From assembly GCA_009377525.1 (NCBI GenBank), contig WHTW01000006.1, forward strand, positions 1-40,000: 40,000 nucleotides of DNA, written 5' to 3'. Source of the stretch: Rhodospirillales bacterium (GTDB lineage: Bacteria; Pseudomonadota; Alphaproteobacteria; Reyranellales; Reyranellaceae). Shown piece after piece: positions 24,436 to 32,800 of this stretch. Under the pieces are notes generated by a model that searched no databases, had not been told where the DNA came from, and saw nothing but the letters and a program-made list of their open reading frames with translations. Every line of letters begins with the position of its first letter. Position 1 is the stretch's first letter. The translations under genes were made by a program, and so were the position numbers.

Positions 24436-24989
24436 CAGTTCCTCTCCTTGCGAGAAACTGTCCGCATTTTACATGTCTCACTTTCGGGGTGCACTCCAGG
24501 TGGCCCTTTGAGATCGTACCCCCTATGGGTTGGGCCTCCTTCCGAGTTCGGACAGTTACGCAAGTTTCACAACCGGATCGCCGCACCGAAGATCCGGAGC
24601 CCCGAGGCCGTCCCGTCCGCATGCAAGCGTCCGCCGGGCTGCGCGGTGTCTGCCGCGCCCTTCTGGTCTCGGATCAACGATGCATAGAGCGGCAACGCGG
24701 GGAAGCAACGCGACAGGCCGATATTATAACTCAAGTCCATCTCTTGTCAAGAACTTCAGTCAGAGGCAGCCCGTTTCGTTTTCGCGACTTCTTGCGCTCC
24801 GTAGAGGGCCACATCTGGCAGGCCGAACGGGCGATCACGCCACTCCTTGTGTCGCTGAGCCCAAGTGCCAGCAATGCTTTCAACGCCGACACGACGTCCC
24901 GACAGGCGACAATCCGCGCAACGGCTTCATCACGATCCTCATCCGGCCACGCGATCTGCAAATCCTTGCGTGACTCACACTCCAACCCG

Positions 24990-25919
24990 TCAAAACCTCT
25001 GTGACAAGCTACTGGCCGCAGGCCGGCGCAAGGTGATGACGACGACCTCGCCGCGCGTGTTGAAGCGTAGCGGAAGGTCCGACACGCCAAGGCCGCGGCT
25101 GGTGTAGCCGATCATCCGGCCCTGCCGCCACAGGCCGCTCGCGGCGTGCCGGCAGCGCTTGAGATGGGTGACCAGCGGCCGGCCGCCCGGCAGGCAGATC
25201 TGGCCGCCGTGCGTGTGGCCGCAAAGATAGAGCGCGTAGCCCGCGTCGTCGGCATCGTCGGCAACCTCGGCCGAATGCACCAGGGCGATGCGGAACTCGC
25301 CGTCATGATCGCCAAGCGCCGACAGCGCCGCCTCGGTGTAGAAGCTGTGGACGTCGTCAAGGCCGGTGACGCGCAAGCTGTCGCCGCCGCGCTGCAAGAG
25401 AATCGAGCGGTTGACCAGGACGTCGAAGCCCGCGCGCTCGAGCGTACCGACCATAGCCGCCGGATCATGGTTGCCCAGCACGGCGAGGCGTGGGCCGCGC
25501 ACGCGAACGCCGGACAGCGCCTCCATCAGCAGCCCGGTCGAGTGCTCGATCGGCGCGCGCGGATGGCCGTGGACGTCGCCGGTGACGGCGAGCATGTCGA
25601 CCTCGACGCCATCGAGCAGCACCCGCGCCGCCTGCGCGAGTTCGGGGAAGTGGTCGAGATGGGTATCGCTCAACTGCAGGATGCGATAACCGTCGAACGC
25701 CGGCGGCAGATCCGGCAGGGCGAGTTCGAGCTCGACCTTGCGCAGGTCGAGCGCGTTGCGCCGGCCGCGCGCAAACACCGGCGTCCGGCGCAGCGTTCCA
25801 CCCAGCACCGTGACGACAGCCCTGAAAGCGAGCTTGCGCCAGCGGCCGTACGGGCCGGCACGGCTGACCAAGTACCGGCTGTCCTCGATGGCGCGCCGTC
25901 GTGTGGCCCAATCCTCCAT
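24990..25919 (-). CDS. Metallophosphoesterase (YkuE/COG1408-like; start at MEDW preferred, alternative 25967)
   Basis: Motifs LQLSDTHL, VTGDV, LGNHD and CGHTHGGQ are the canonical calcineurin-like phosphoesterase signature. Confidence 0.8.
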   Translation of the reverse strand: MEDWATRRRAIEDSRYLVSRAGPYGRWRKLAFRAVVTVLGGTLRRTPVFARGRRNALDLRKVELELALPDLPPAFDGYRILQLSDTHLDHFPELAQAARVLLDGVEVDMLAVTGDVHGHPRAPIEHSTGLLMEALSGVRVRGPRLAVLGNHDPAAMVGTLERAGFDVLVNRSILLQRGGDSLRVTGLDDVHSFYTEAALSALGDHDGEFRIALVHSAEVADDADDAGYALYLCGHTHGGQICLPGGRPLVTHLKRCRHAASGLWRQGRMIGYTSRGLGVSDLPLRFNTRGEVVVITLRRPAASSLSQRF

Positions 25920-25966
25920 GACGCCGGCAGACCTAACACAGGACGGAATGGCGCGCCGCCGCGACA

Positions 25967-27271
25967 TTGCATCGCCGCGGCGGCCGTTACAGACTTGAGC
26001 CCTTGCTTCGTTGGCTCGTCGACCATGCCGGCCTGCAGCGGCCCTATCGCTTCGATCGCACCTTCACGGTGCTGGCCGCGCTGGCGCTTGCCGCCCTTGT
26101 CGGCGCCGTGGCCCTGCGGCTGTCGCTGCGCGACGAGCTTGCCCTGCAGACACCGCGCGGCTGGTACTTCGTCTATCTGGCAGCCTTGCTGGCGCTTGCC
26201 CTCGCCCTGGCGCGCCGGCCGCGGCTGGCGGCAATCGCCCTGTCGCTGGCCGCGCTGGAGATCGGGTTGGGATTCGGCTCGGCGGTCCTCCACAAGTACC
26301 GCCTGACCGGGGCGGAGATCCTGTTTCCGCGCAACTACACGCGGCCGGCCTATGGCTGGCATCCGCTGCTGCAGGCGCTGCCGCTGCCGATGGCGCCGGA
26401 CCAGGCGGGCAAGGCCCGCGTGTTCATCAATGCCGAGCGCCTGCGCGGCCCGCAACGCTCCAACGACCAGCTCAAGGGCAAGATCGTGATCGCCCTGTTC
26501 GGCGGATCGACCACCCTCGACTTCGTGTCGCCGGAGGGCCGGACATGGGCCGACCAGCTCGAGCGGCTGCTCGGGCCCGATCGCCATGCCGTGATCAATC
26601 GCGGCGTCAGCGGCTACACCACCGCCGAGCATGTGCTGCAGACCGCCTTCTACCAGCGAAGCTTCGGGGTCGAGCCGACCTGCGCGATCTACTACATCGG
26701 CTGGAATGATCTCAGGAACGCCCACATCGTCGGGCTCGATCCCGGCTATGCCGACTATCATCTGCGCACCATGGTCGACGCGTTTGAAGCGCGGCGGGCG
26801 GTCAGGCCCTCCCTTTCGGTGTCGCCGACGCTCAGCCTGCTCGGCCGCCTGGCGGGCCTGGCGTTCGACACGGTCCGTCCGGCGGGGTCGCCGCGCGGCC
26901 AGGCGAGTGCGGCGCCCGATCCCGCGCTGGAGGCGATCTATCGGCGCAACATCGAGACGATCTCGGCAATCAACCGCCAGAGCGGCGTCAGGACGATATG
27001 GGTCGGCCAGGTGATGAACCGGGCCGTCCTGACGCGCGACCAGACCGACGGCTGGCTGCCGTTCGTGCACGACAAGGACGTATGGCCACTGATCAGCCGC
27101 CTGAACGGCATCGTGCGCCGGGAGGCAGCGAGGCTCGGCGACACCTATGCCGACATTCCCGTCGATGATTTCCACCCGGCCGATTTCGGCGACGAGGGCC
27201 ATTTCACGCCGGCCGGCTCGCTCAAATTCGCGACACTGCTGGCGCCGCAGGTGAAGCAAGCCTGTCCCTGA
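25967..27271 (+). CDS. Membrane-anchored SGNH/GDSL-family hydrolase (up to 434 aa; start uncertain, TTG in the track)
   Basis: N-terminal TM helices, then IALFGGSTT (block I Ser), GVSGYTT (block II Gly), GWNDL (block III) and DEGHF (block V Asp/His). Confidence 0.7.
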   Translation: MHRRGGRYRLEPLLRWLVDHAGLQRPYRFDRTFTVLAALALAALVGAVALRLSLRDELALQTPRGWYFVYLAALLALALALARRPRLAAIALSLAALEIGLGFGSAVLHKYRLTGAEILFPRNYTRPAYGWHPLLQALPLPMAPDQAGKARVFINAERLRGPQRSNDQLKGKIVIALFGGSTTLDFVSPEGRTWADQLERLLGPDRHAVINRGVSGYTTAEHVLQTAFYQRSFGVEPTCAIYYIGWNDLRNAHIVGLDPGYADYHLRTMVDAFEARRAVRPSLSVSPTLSLLGRLAGLAFDTVRPAGSPRGQASAAPDPALEAIYRRNIETISAINRQSGVRTIWVGQVMNRAVLTRDQTDGWLPFVHDKDVWPLISRLNGIVRREAARLGDTYADIPVDDFHPADFGDEGHFTPAGSLKFATLLAPQVKQACP

Positions 27272-27293
27272 GCAGCCGACGCGACATGAAAAA

Positions 27294-27318
27294 GGCGGCC
27301 CCCTTTCGGCGGGCCGCC
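27294..27318. terminator. Bidirectional intrinsic terminator between convergent genes
   Basis: aaaaa-ggcggccc-cctttcggc-gggccgcc-ctcttc. Confidence 0.7.
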
Positions 27319-27350
27319 CTCTTCAACCGGCGTGAGCCGGGTTTATGTCA

Positions 27351-27983
27351 TCAGGTGCGCGGAGGCAGCTGGATCTTGGCGTCGGTCAGCAGCTTCTCGA
27401 GCACCGGGATGCCGCCGGCATAGTCGCCGGCGTCGCACTTGGCGATCGCTTGCGGGCCCGGGCCCTGAGCGGTCGTGCGGTCATAGTTGCGCCACAGCCT
27501 GGAGAGCTGCGCACAATAGGCCTGGTCGTTGGTCATCGGTGCCGCGGCCATCTGCGGCATGGTGACCTCGACACGACGATTCTGCGGTTCGCGCACGCCG
27601 TCGCCGGTCTGCACCAGCAGGCCCGCTTCGCCGCGGCCGACGGTGGTGATGGCGGCGGCGGGAACGCCGAGCTTGACCAGCGCGCCCTTGACGGCGTTGG
27701 CGCGGCGCAGCGACAACGCCATGTTGTAGGCTTCGGTGCCGGTCGTATCGGTATGGCCGGTGGCCGTGATACGTGCAGCCTGCTTGGCCTTGAAGGCGTC
27801 GCGCGCCTGCTCAAGCACGTTCAACGAGGCATCCGACAGCCGGGTGCTATCCCAGTCGAAGAACACCATGAAAGCCTGCGGCGGCGGCGGTGGCGGCGGC
27901 GGTGGCGGTGGCGGTGGCGGCTCAGACGCGCATGCGCCCAACAGGTAGGCGGCTGCGACGAGACCCAACAACTTCTTCAGCAT
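27351..27983 (-). CDS. OmpA-family lipoprotein paralog with a poly-proline linker (210 aa)
   Basis: Lipobox LLGAC, a run of about 14-15 Pro, OmpA_C motifs (ITATGHTDTTGTEAYNMALSLRRANAV...NRRVEV), and the same Cys-containing C-terminal domain as 4218-4877. Confidence 0.85.
   Translation of the reverse strand: MLKKLLGLVAAAYLLGACASEPPPPPPPPPPPPPPQAFMVFFDWDSTRLSDASLNVLEQARDAFKAKQAARITATGHTDTTGTEAYNMALSLRRANAVKGALVKLGVPAAAITTVGRGEAGLLVQTGDGVREPQNRRVEVTMPQMAAAPMTNDQAYCAQLSRLWRNYDRTTAQGPGPQAIAKCDAGDYAGGIPVLEKLLTDAKIQLPPRT
27879..27920. repeat. (NGG)14 simple-sequence tract encoding the poly-Pro linker
   Basis: cggcggcggcggtggcggcggcggtggcggtggcggtggcgg. The paralog at 4218-4877 has only PPPP at this position. 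Confidence 0.9.
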
Positions 27984-28086
27984 AGATTTTCCCCCTCAAA
28001 CGTGGCGTCACGCGACCGCGGGCCACAAAACACGGTGGACCGCCGGGCACGCGGCGCCATTTTGCCGGCGCGCGCAACCCTAGGCA

Positions 28087-28605
28087 ATGGAAACACGCGG
28101 CGGACACCGTCCCCCGCCAAATGCTTCGGACATGTCACCCGCCAGTCACACTGCAAATATCGATCACTCGCGAACGCCTGTTCTTCGCGAGTCAAGGAAC
28201 GAATGGGGCCGCCTTGCAGCACCGGCTCTGCTGGCCATGGCTTGCGCGCTGGTATTCCTGCTGTTCCATCTCGGCTCGCAGCGGCCACCTTGGATCTTCG
28301 CCGCCGCCCTGGTCGCCGGGCTGGCGATCGGCATGCTGCGGGGCTTCACCCTCCAGCTCCAGGTCGACCACATGTTCGACAAGGTCCGCCTGCCGCGGGC
28401 GCGCGGCTCGTTCCTGGTCGCCCTGGGCCTGGTGGCCGCCGTGCTGCTCGAGATCGGCGGCTCTTTGGCGGGGCCGGACGGCCTGCCCTTTCGTCTGATC
28501 GCGCCCGAGATTGCCGCAGCCTGCGCCGGCATGCTAACCGGGCGGGCATTGGCCATTGCGATGCGTTGGCGGGGAGCGCCGCATGTCGACCTTCATCGCC
28601 TGTAG
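28087..28605 (+). CDS. Small multi-TM membrane protein, paralog family member 1 (short form; alternative start 28132)
   Basis: Core LRGFTLQLQVDHMFDKVRLPRARGSF...GRALAIAMRWRGAPHVDLHRL is shared with 28633, 30066 and 30510. Confidence 0.55.
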   Translation: METRGGHRPPPNASDMSPASHTANIDHSRTPVLRESRNEWGRLAAPALLAMACALVFLLFHLGSQRPPWIFAAALVAGLAIGMLRGFTLQLQVDHMFDKVRLPRARGSFLVALGLVAAVLLEIGGSLAGPDGLPFRLIAPEIAAACAGMLTGRALAIAMRWRGAPHVDLHRL

Positions 28606-28632
28606 AGCCCGGCAACGCGCCGTCGAGGGCCA

Positions 28633-29097
28633 ATGCTGAACGTCCTTCATCTGCTGGCGGCGCTGGCGATGGCCGGCTGCCTCTACGCCCTGTGGCGCGA
28701 GGCGCGCGGTATCTCCCAGTCGCGCGGCCATCTGATGGTGGCCCCGCCGCTGGCCTTCGGTTGCGCGCTGCTGATGATCGGCCTGACCGAGCCCGACCTG
28801 CAGCAGCCCGACGTGTTGCGTATCGCCATCGCGGCGGGCGCCCTGCTGGGCGCCGCCCGCGGCTGGTTCATGGCCGTCGACATCGACCCGCTGTGGTCGA
28901 CCGTGCGGCTGCCGAGCGGCAGCGACGGCTTCTGGATGGTGATCCTGCTGGCGTTCGTGGTCGCCATGGCCGCCGCCGCGCCGTTCGTCTCGACGCAGGG
29001 CCAGTCGTACGTGCCCTATGCCACGGCCGCCGTGGCGTTCGGTGCCGGCTTCCTGTCGACCCGGGCCGTGGCGGTCTATCTGCGCACCCGGAGCTGA
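28633..29097 (+). CDS. Small multi-TM membrane protein, paralog family member 2 (long form, 154 aa)
   Basis: ARGWFMAVDIDPLWSTVRLPSGSDGF...TRAVAVYLRTRS; about 5 hydrophobic helices. Confidence 0.6.
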   Translation: MLNVLHLLAALAMAGCLYALWREARGISQSRGHLMVAPPLAFGCALLMIGLTEPDLQQPDVLRIAIAAGALLGAARGWFMAVDIDPLWSTVRLPSGSDGFWMVILLAFVVAMAAAAPFVSTQGQSYVPYATAAVAFGAGFLSTRAVAVYLRTRS

Positions 29098-29126
29098 CTA
29101 CACTGATCCCCGTGTGGGAGGGTTTC

Positions 29127-29936
29127 ATGGTCGTGGCCAGGGTTGCGCTGCTGTCGCTTGCGCTCGCCGGATCGGCGGCGGCGCAAGGCACTCGGCCGGC
29201 GCCCAACCAGTCGGCCCCCGGCCCGCAGGCGCCGCTCTCCGCTCCCGGCCCAGGGAGCGGTTCGGGCAGCGGCGCAAGCGACGAGCTCGCCGACCCCAAG
29301 ACCGGCTGCAAGATCGTGCGGGCCGACGACGAACCGAACATCAGCATCGCCTGGTCGGGCGAGTGCTATCACGGCTTGGCTCACGGTCAGGGCATCCTGC
29401 AATGGTATCAGGGCGGCAAGCCGATCGCGCGCTACGAGGGTGAGATGAAGGACGGCCTGGCCAACGGCTCGGGCAAGATCACCTATGCCAACGGCACCCG
29501 TTACGAGGGCGAATGGCAGAACGGCGAGCGATACGGGCGCGGCATCTTCACCTTCGCCAACGGCGCGCGCTACACCGGTGACTTCCGCGACAACAAGCCC
29601 AACGGACGCGGCACCTACATCTGGACCAACGGCAACCGCTACGTCGGCGATTTCCGCGACAATCAGCGTACCGGGCGCGGCACGCTCTACTACGCCAATG
29701 GCGACCGCTATGAGGGCGACTTCGTCGACGGCAAGGCGCAAGGCCGCGGCACGCGCACCTATGCCGACGGTGGCCGCTACGACGGCGAATGGCGCAACGA
29801 CCTGCCCAACGGCTACGGCACACGCTACGCCGCCAATGGCCAGAGCTACGCCGGCAACTGGCAGAACGGCTGTTTCCGCGAGGGCCGTCGCTGGGCCACC
29901 ATCGGCGTCACCGCCCAGCACTGCGGTTTCCAATGA
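29127..29936 (+). CDS. Secreted MORN-repeat protein (269 aa)
   Basis: Internal ATG at 29127 after ggagg. Signal peptide MVVARVALLSLALAGSAAAQG. About 8 consecutive YxGxxxxGxxxGxG MORN units (YEGEWQNGERYGRGIFTF, YTGDFRDNKPNGRGTYIW, ...). The upstream 1.8 kb of the 863-aa track ORF is a shadow. Confidence 0.85.
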   Translation: MVVARVALLSLALAGSAAAQGTRPAPNQSAPGPQAPLSAPGPGSGSGSGASDELADPKTGCKIVRADDEPNISIAWSGECYHGLAHGQGILQWYQGGKPIARYEGEMKDGLANGSGKITYANGTRYEGEWQNGERYGRGIFTFANGARYTGDFRDNKPNGRGTYIWTNGNRYVGDFRDNQRTGRGTLYYANGDRYEGDFVDGKAQGRGTRTYADGGRYDGEWRNDLPNGYGTRYAANGQSYAGNWQNGCFREGRRWATIGVTAQHCGFQ

Positions 29937-30065
29937 CGTTGATCTCCAATGTCTATCTGACGCATGGCCTGATGCTCTTGTGCGCGTTCGCCGCGGCCTA
30001 CGCCGCCCGGCCCGAAAGCACCGGCCGCATCGTTCCAGAATGACGGCCCGCGGTGGCTGCCCTGC

Positions 30066-30464
30066 TTGCGGCGATGTCTCGCGCTGATTGCCTATCCGAC
30101 GTGGGGCAAGCTCGAGAATCCCGGCCTCTGGATGTTCGCCATCCTTGCCGCTCTTGCCGGCTTGGTGCGCGGCTACTGGCTGCGGATCTATGTCGACCAT
30201 AGTTGGCGTTTGCTACGGCCGCGGAAAGCATATGATTGCCTCATCGCGGCCGCCGGGCTGATCGGTCTGGCGCTGGTCGAGATCGCCCTGCCCGCGACTG
30301 GCCCTGCCGACCAGCCGACGATGGAACTCGGCCTGACCGTGATAGCCTCCTTCCTGGTCGGCCGGTCGGCCGCCGTGCTGTTGCGCTCCAGGCAGGAGCA
30401 CCAGTCGGATCTGCACGACAGCTATCGCCGCCCGCCGAAGGATAGTGGTCATGCAGCCGGTTGA
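30066..30464 (+). CDS. Small multi-TM membrane protein, paralog family member 3 (short form, 132 aa)
   Basis: VRGYWLRIYVDHSWRLLRPRKAYDCL...GRSAAVLLRSRQ. Confidence 0.55.
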   Translation: MRRCLALIAYPTWGKLENPGLWMFAILAALAGLVRGYWLRIYVDHSWRLLRPRKAYDCLIAAAGLIGLALVEIALPATGPADQPTMELGLTVIASFLVGRSAAVLLRSRQEHQSDLHDSYRRPPKDSGHAAG

Positions 30465-30509
30465 CTGTTCGCGTCCAGCAGGCCGTGTAGGTCTGTCGGG
30501 GAGAACATC

Positions 30510-31034
30510 GTGTGCAGACGCGTCACTCCGTCGATGACTTATCCAGTCAGCCTCGTAAACATCCTGACGGTGATCGCCGCCGCGGCCTGCCTGTGGGCTG
30601 CGGTCCCGGAAGCCCGGGGCAAGCCGCAGAAGCTATGGCGCCTTGCCGTGCCGCCGGTCTTCGCCACGCTGGTCGCCCTGGTGCTGCTGGCCGGCGCGGT
30701 GACGAGCTTCACGCACGACGCGACGTGGGCCGCCACCGCCCTGGTGGGCACCGTGGGCGGGTATATCCGCGGCCGCTCGATCGGCGTGCAGACCGACCAG
30801 GTATGGGGCGTGGTGCGCCCGCAGCCGGCGCTTGACGGCGCCGTGATCGCCGTCGGCGTGGTCGCGGCGGCCCTGATCGATGCCATCGCCGGCTTCCTGC
30901 CGCCGGGGATCTTGCCCCGACAGGCTCATATCGCCGCTGCAAGCTCGCTGTTCGCGGGCTATCTTGCCGGACGCGCCTGGACCATGGGCACGCGCGCCGC
31001 CGGCTCGCCGCACGTCGACCTGGAGCATCCGTGA
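30510..31034 (+). CDS. Small multi-TM membrane protein, paralog family member 4 (long form; GTG 30510 after ggggag, or ATG 30534)
   Basis: IRGRSIGVQTDQVWGVVRPQPALDGA...GRAWTMGTRAAGSPHVDLEHP. The C-terminus matches member 1 (GAPHVDLHRL). Confidence 0.6.
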   Translation: MCRRVTPSMTYPVSLVNILTVIAAAACLWAAVPEARGKPQKLWRLAVPPVFATLVALVLLAGAVTSFTHDATWAATALVGTVGGYIRGRSIGVQTDQVWGVVRPQPALDGAVIAVGVVAAALIDAIAGFLPPGILPRQAHIAAASSLFAGYLAGRAWTMGTRAAGSPHVDLEHP

Positions 31035-31035
31035 C

Positions 31036-31314
31036 ATGCCGACCCAGCCCAGCCTGATCATGATCCAGTTCCTGCAGTGGGTCGCCGACCGGCCCCGCAG
31101 CCGCGAGGACGTCATGGACGCCTGGCGCAGCTCCTGCCCGCGCTTTCCGGTGTGGGAAGATGCGCGCGCCGACGGGCTGATCCGCCAATGCGGCGGCGAG
31201 CGCGGCGAGCACCGCGTCGAGCTGACCGAACGCGGCCGGGCGGCGCTTCGCCGCGCCGATATCCGGCCGCGCCCAACGCGCGATCAGGCGGCGGCCAGCA
31301 GATCGGGACCGTAG
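31036..31314 (+). CDS. Small soluble hypothetical protein (92 aa), possibly winged-helix-like
   Basis: ATG lies 2 nt after the stop of paralog 4. MPTQPSLIMIQFLQWVADRPRSREDVMDAWRSSCPRFPVWEDA...VELTERGRAAL. The 3' end overlaps the convergent DUF805 gene by 31 nt. Confidence 0.4.
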   Translation: MPTQPSLIMIQFLQWVADRPRSREDVMDAWRSSCPRFPVWEDARADGLIRQCGGERGEHRVELTERGRAALRRADIRPRPTRDQAAASRSGP

Positions 31315-31664
31315 CTGTTGGGGCCGGGCGTGCCGCGCAGGAAGCCGCACTCGATCAGGTACCACAGCCCGCCGATGATCGGCACCAAGACGATCAGCAC
31401 CCACCAGCCGCTCTTGTCGCGGTCGTGATAGCGCTTCACGGCGACGGCGATCGAGATCCAGGTCGCGATCACCACAAAGACGAAGATCACGACGCCGGCA
31501 ACCGGGCCGATGGCCGACGCGATCTCTTCGGGATCGCCCGACATCGCCGCGCCGCCAAGGATCGCGGCGAAGAGGATCACTTCAACGACGACGATTCCGA
31601 GCGCGACCAGCCAGAATTTGGCGCGATTGGCCCGTCCCTGAAAGCTGAACAGCAAATTTGCCAT
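31284..31664 (-). CDS. DUF805 family inner membrane protein (126 aa)
   Basis: F.GRANRAKFW at the N-terminus and VKRYHDRDKSGWW...GTPGPNSYGPD, the DUF805 hallmark. Confidence 0.8.
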   Translation of the reverse strand: MANLLFSFQGRANRAKFWLVALGIVVVEVILFAAILGGAAMSGDPEEIASAIGPVAGVVIFVFVVIATWISIAVAVKRYHDRDKSGWWVLIVLVPIIGGLWYLIECGFLRGTPGPNSYGPDLLAAA

Positions 31665-31750
31665 TTGTCATCTCCCCCGAACCGGAGTGGCAGGTTCGTC
31701 GCCGCGCATCATTTCTTGGGGCGGCGCGACCGTGCCTCAGGTTACTATAG

Positions 31751-32800
31751 ATGCGCATGACCCTCCAGCGCGCCGCCCTCTGGGCCATCGTTGTTGCGGC
31801 CACGATGTACCTTCTCGTGGCGGGGCGCGGCCTGCTTCTGCCCTTCGTGCTGGGCATCGTGCTCTGGTACATGGTCGACGCCCTGGCCGACGCCTTCGAA
31901 CACCCACGCTTCGGCCGCCTGCGCCTGCCGCGGCCGGTCGCCCTGGTGGCGGCGGTTTGCATCATGGGCGGCCTGCTGTGGGTGGTCGGCCGCACCATCG
32001 GGCGCAACGTCAGCGCCGTGATTGCCGCCGCGCCCAACTACGAACGCCGCCTGCAGACCCTGATCAATGAAGGTGCGCGGCTGATCGGCGTCGAACAGGC
32101 GCCGACTATCGGCGAGCTGTTCGATCGCATCAGCCTTGCCGATACGCTGAGCAGCATCGCCACGGCCGCCGCCTCGGTGGTGAGCGTGGCCGGCATCGTC
32201 GTGATCTATGCCGGCTTCCTGTTCGTCGAGCAGGTGCGCTTCCGCCGCAAGCTCGTCATTGTACTGGGTTCCGGCGACAACCAGGAACGCGTGCAGGCCG
32301 TGCTCGACCAGATCGACCATGACATCCGCGTCTATATCCGCATCAAGACCACGCTCGCCGTGATCACCTCGGCATTGGCCTACATCGTCATGGCCGCGGT
32401 CGGCGTCGACTTCGCGGCCTTCTGGGCGGTCATGGTGTTCTTCTTCTATTACATTCCGACCATCGGCTCGATCCTCGCCATCGTCGCGCCGGCCATGCTG
32501 ACGCTGGTGCAGTTCGATGATCTGACGCCTTTCCTGATCGTGCTGCTGCTGTTCGGCACCATCCAGGTCGTGACGGCGAACGTGGTCGAGCCCGCCATCA
32601 TGGGCAGCACGCTCAACCTCTCGCCGCTGGTGGTGATCGTCTCGCTGATGGTGTGGGGCACGATATGGGGCGTCGTCGGCATGTTCCTGTGCGTGCCGAT
32701 CACGGTGGTCAGCCTGATCGTGCTGGCCCAGTTCAAGACGACGCGGCCGATTGCCGTGCTGCTGTCCTCCGACGGCAGGATTCCCGAGCCGCGGCGATGA
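31751..32800 (+). CDS. AI-2E family transporter (PerM/UPF0118, 349 aa)
   Basis: Multi-TM protein. YIPTIGSILA...NVVEPAIMGSTLNLSPLVVIVSLMVWGTIWGVVGMFLCVPITVV matches the family C-terminal signature. Confidence 0.85.
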   Translation: MRMTLQRAALWAIVVAATMYLLVAGRGLLLPFVLGIVLWYMVDALADAFEHPRFGRLRLPRPVALVAAVCIMGGLLWVVGRTIGRNVSAVIAAAPNYERRLQTLINEGARLIGVEQAPTIGELFDRISLADTLSSIATAAASVVSVAGIVVIYAGFLFVEQVRFRRKLVIVLGSGDNQERVQAVLDQIDHDIRVYIRIKTTLAVITSALAYIVMAAVGVDFAAFWAVMVFFFYYIPTIGSILAIVAPAMLTLVQFDDLTPFLIVLLLFGTIQVVTANVVEPAIMGSTLNLSPLVVIVSLMVWGTIWGVVGMFLCVPITVVSLIVLAQFKTTRPIAVLLSSDGRIPEPRR

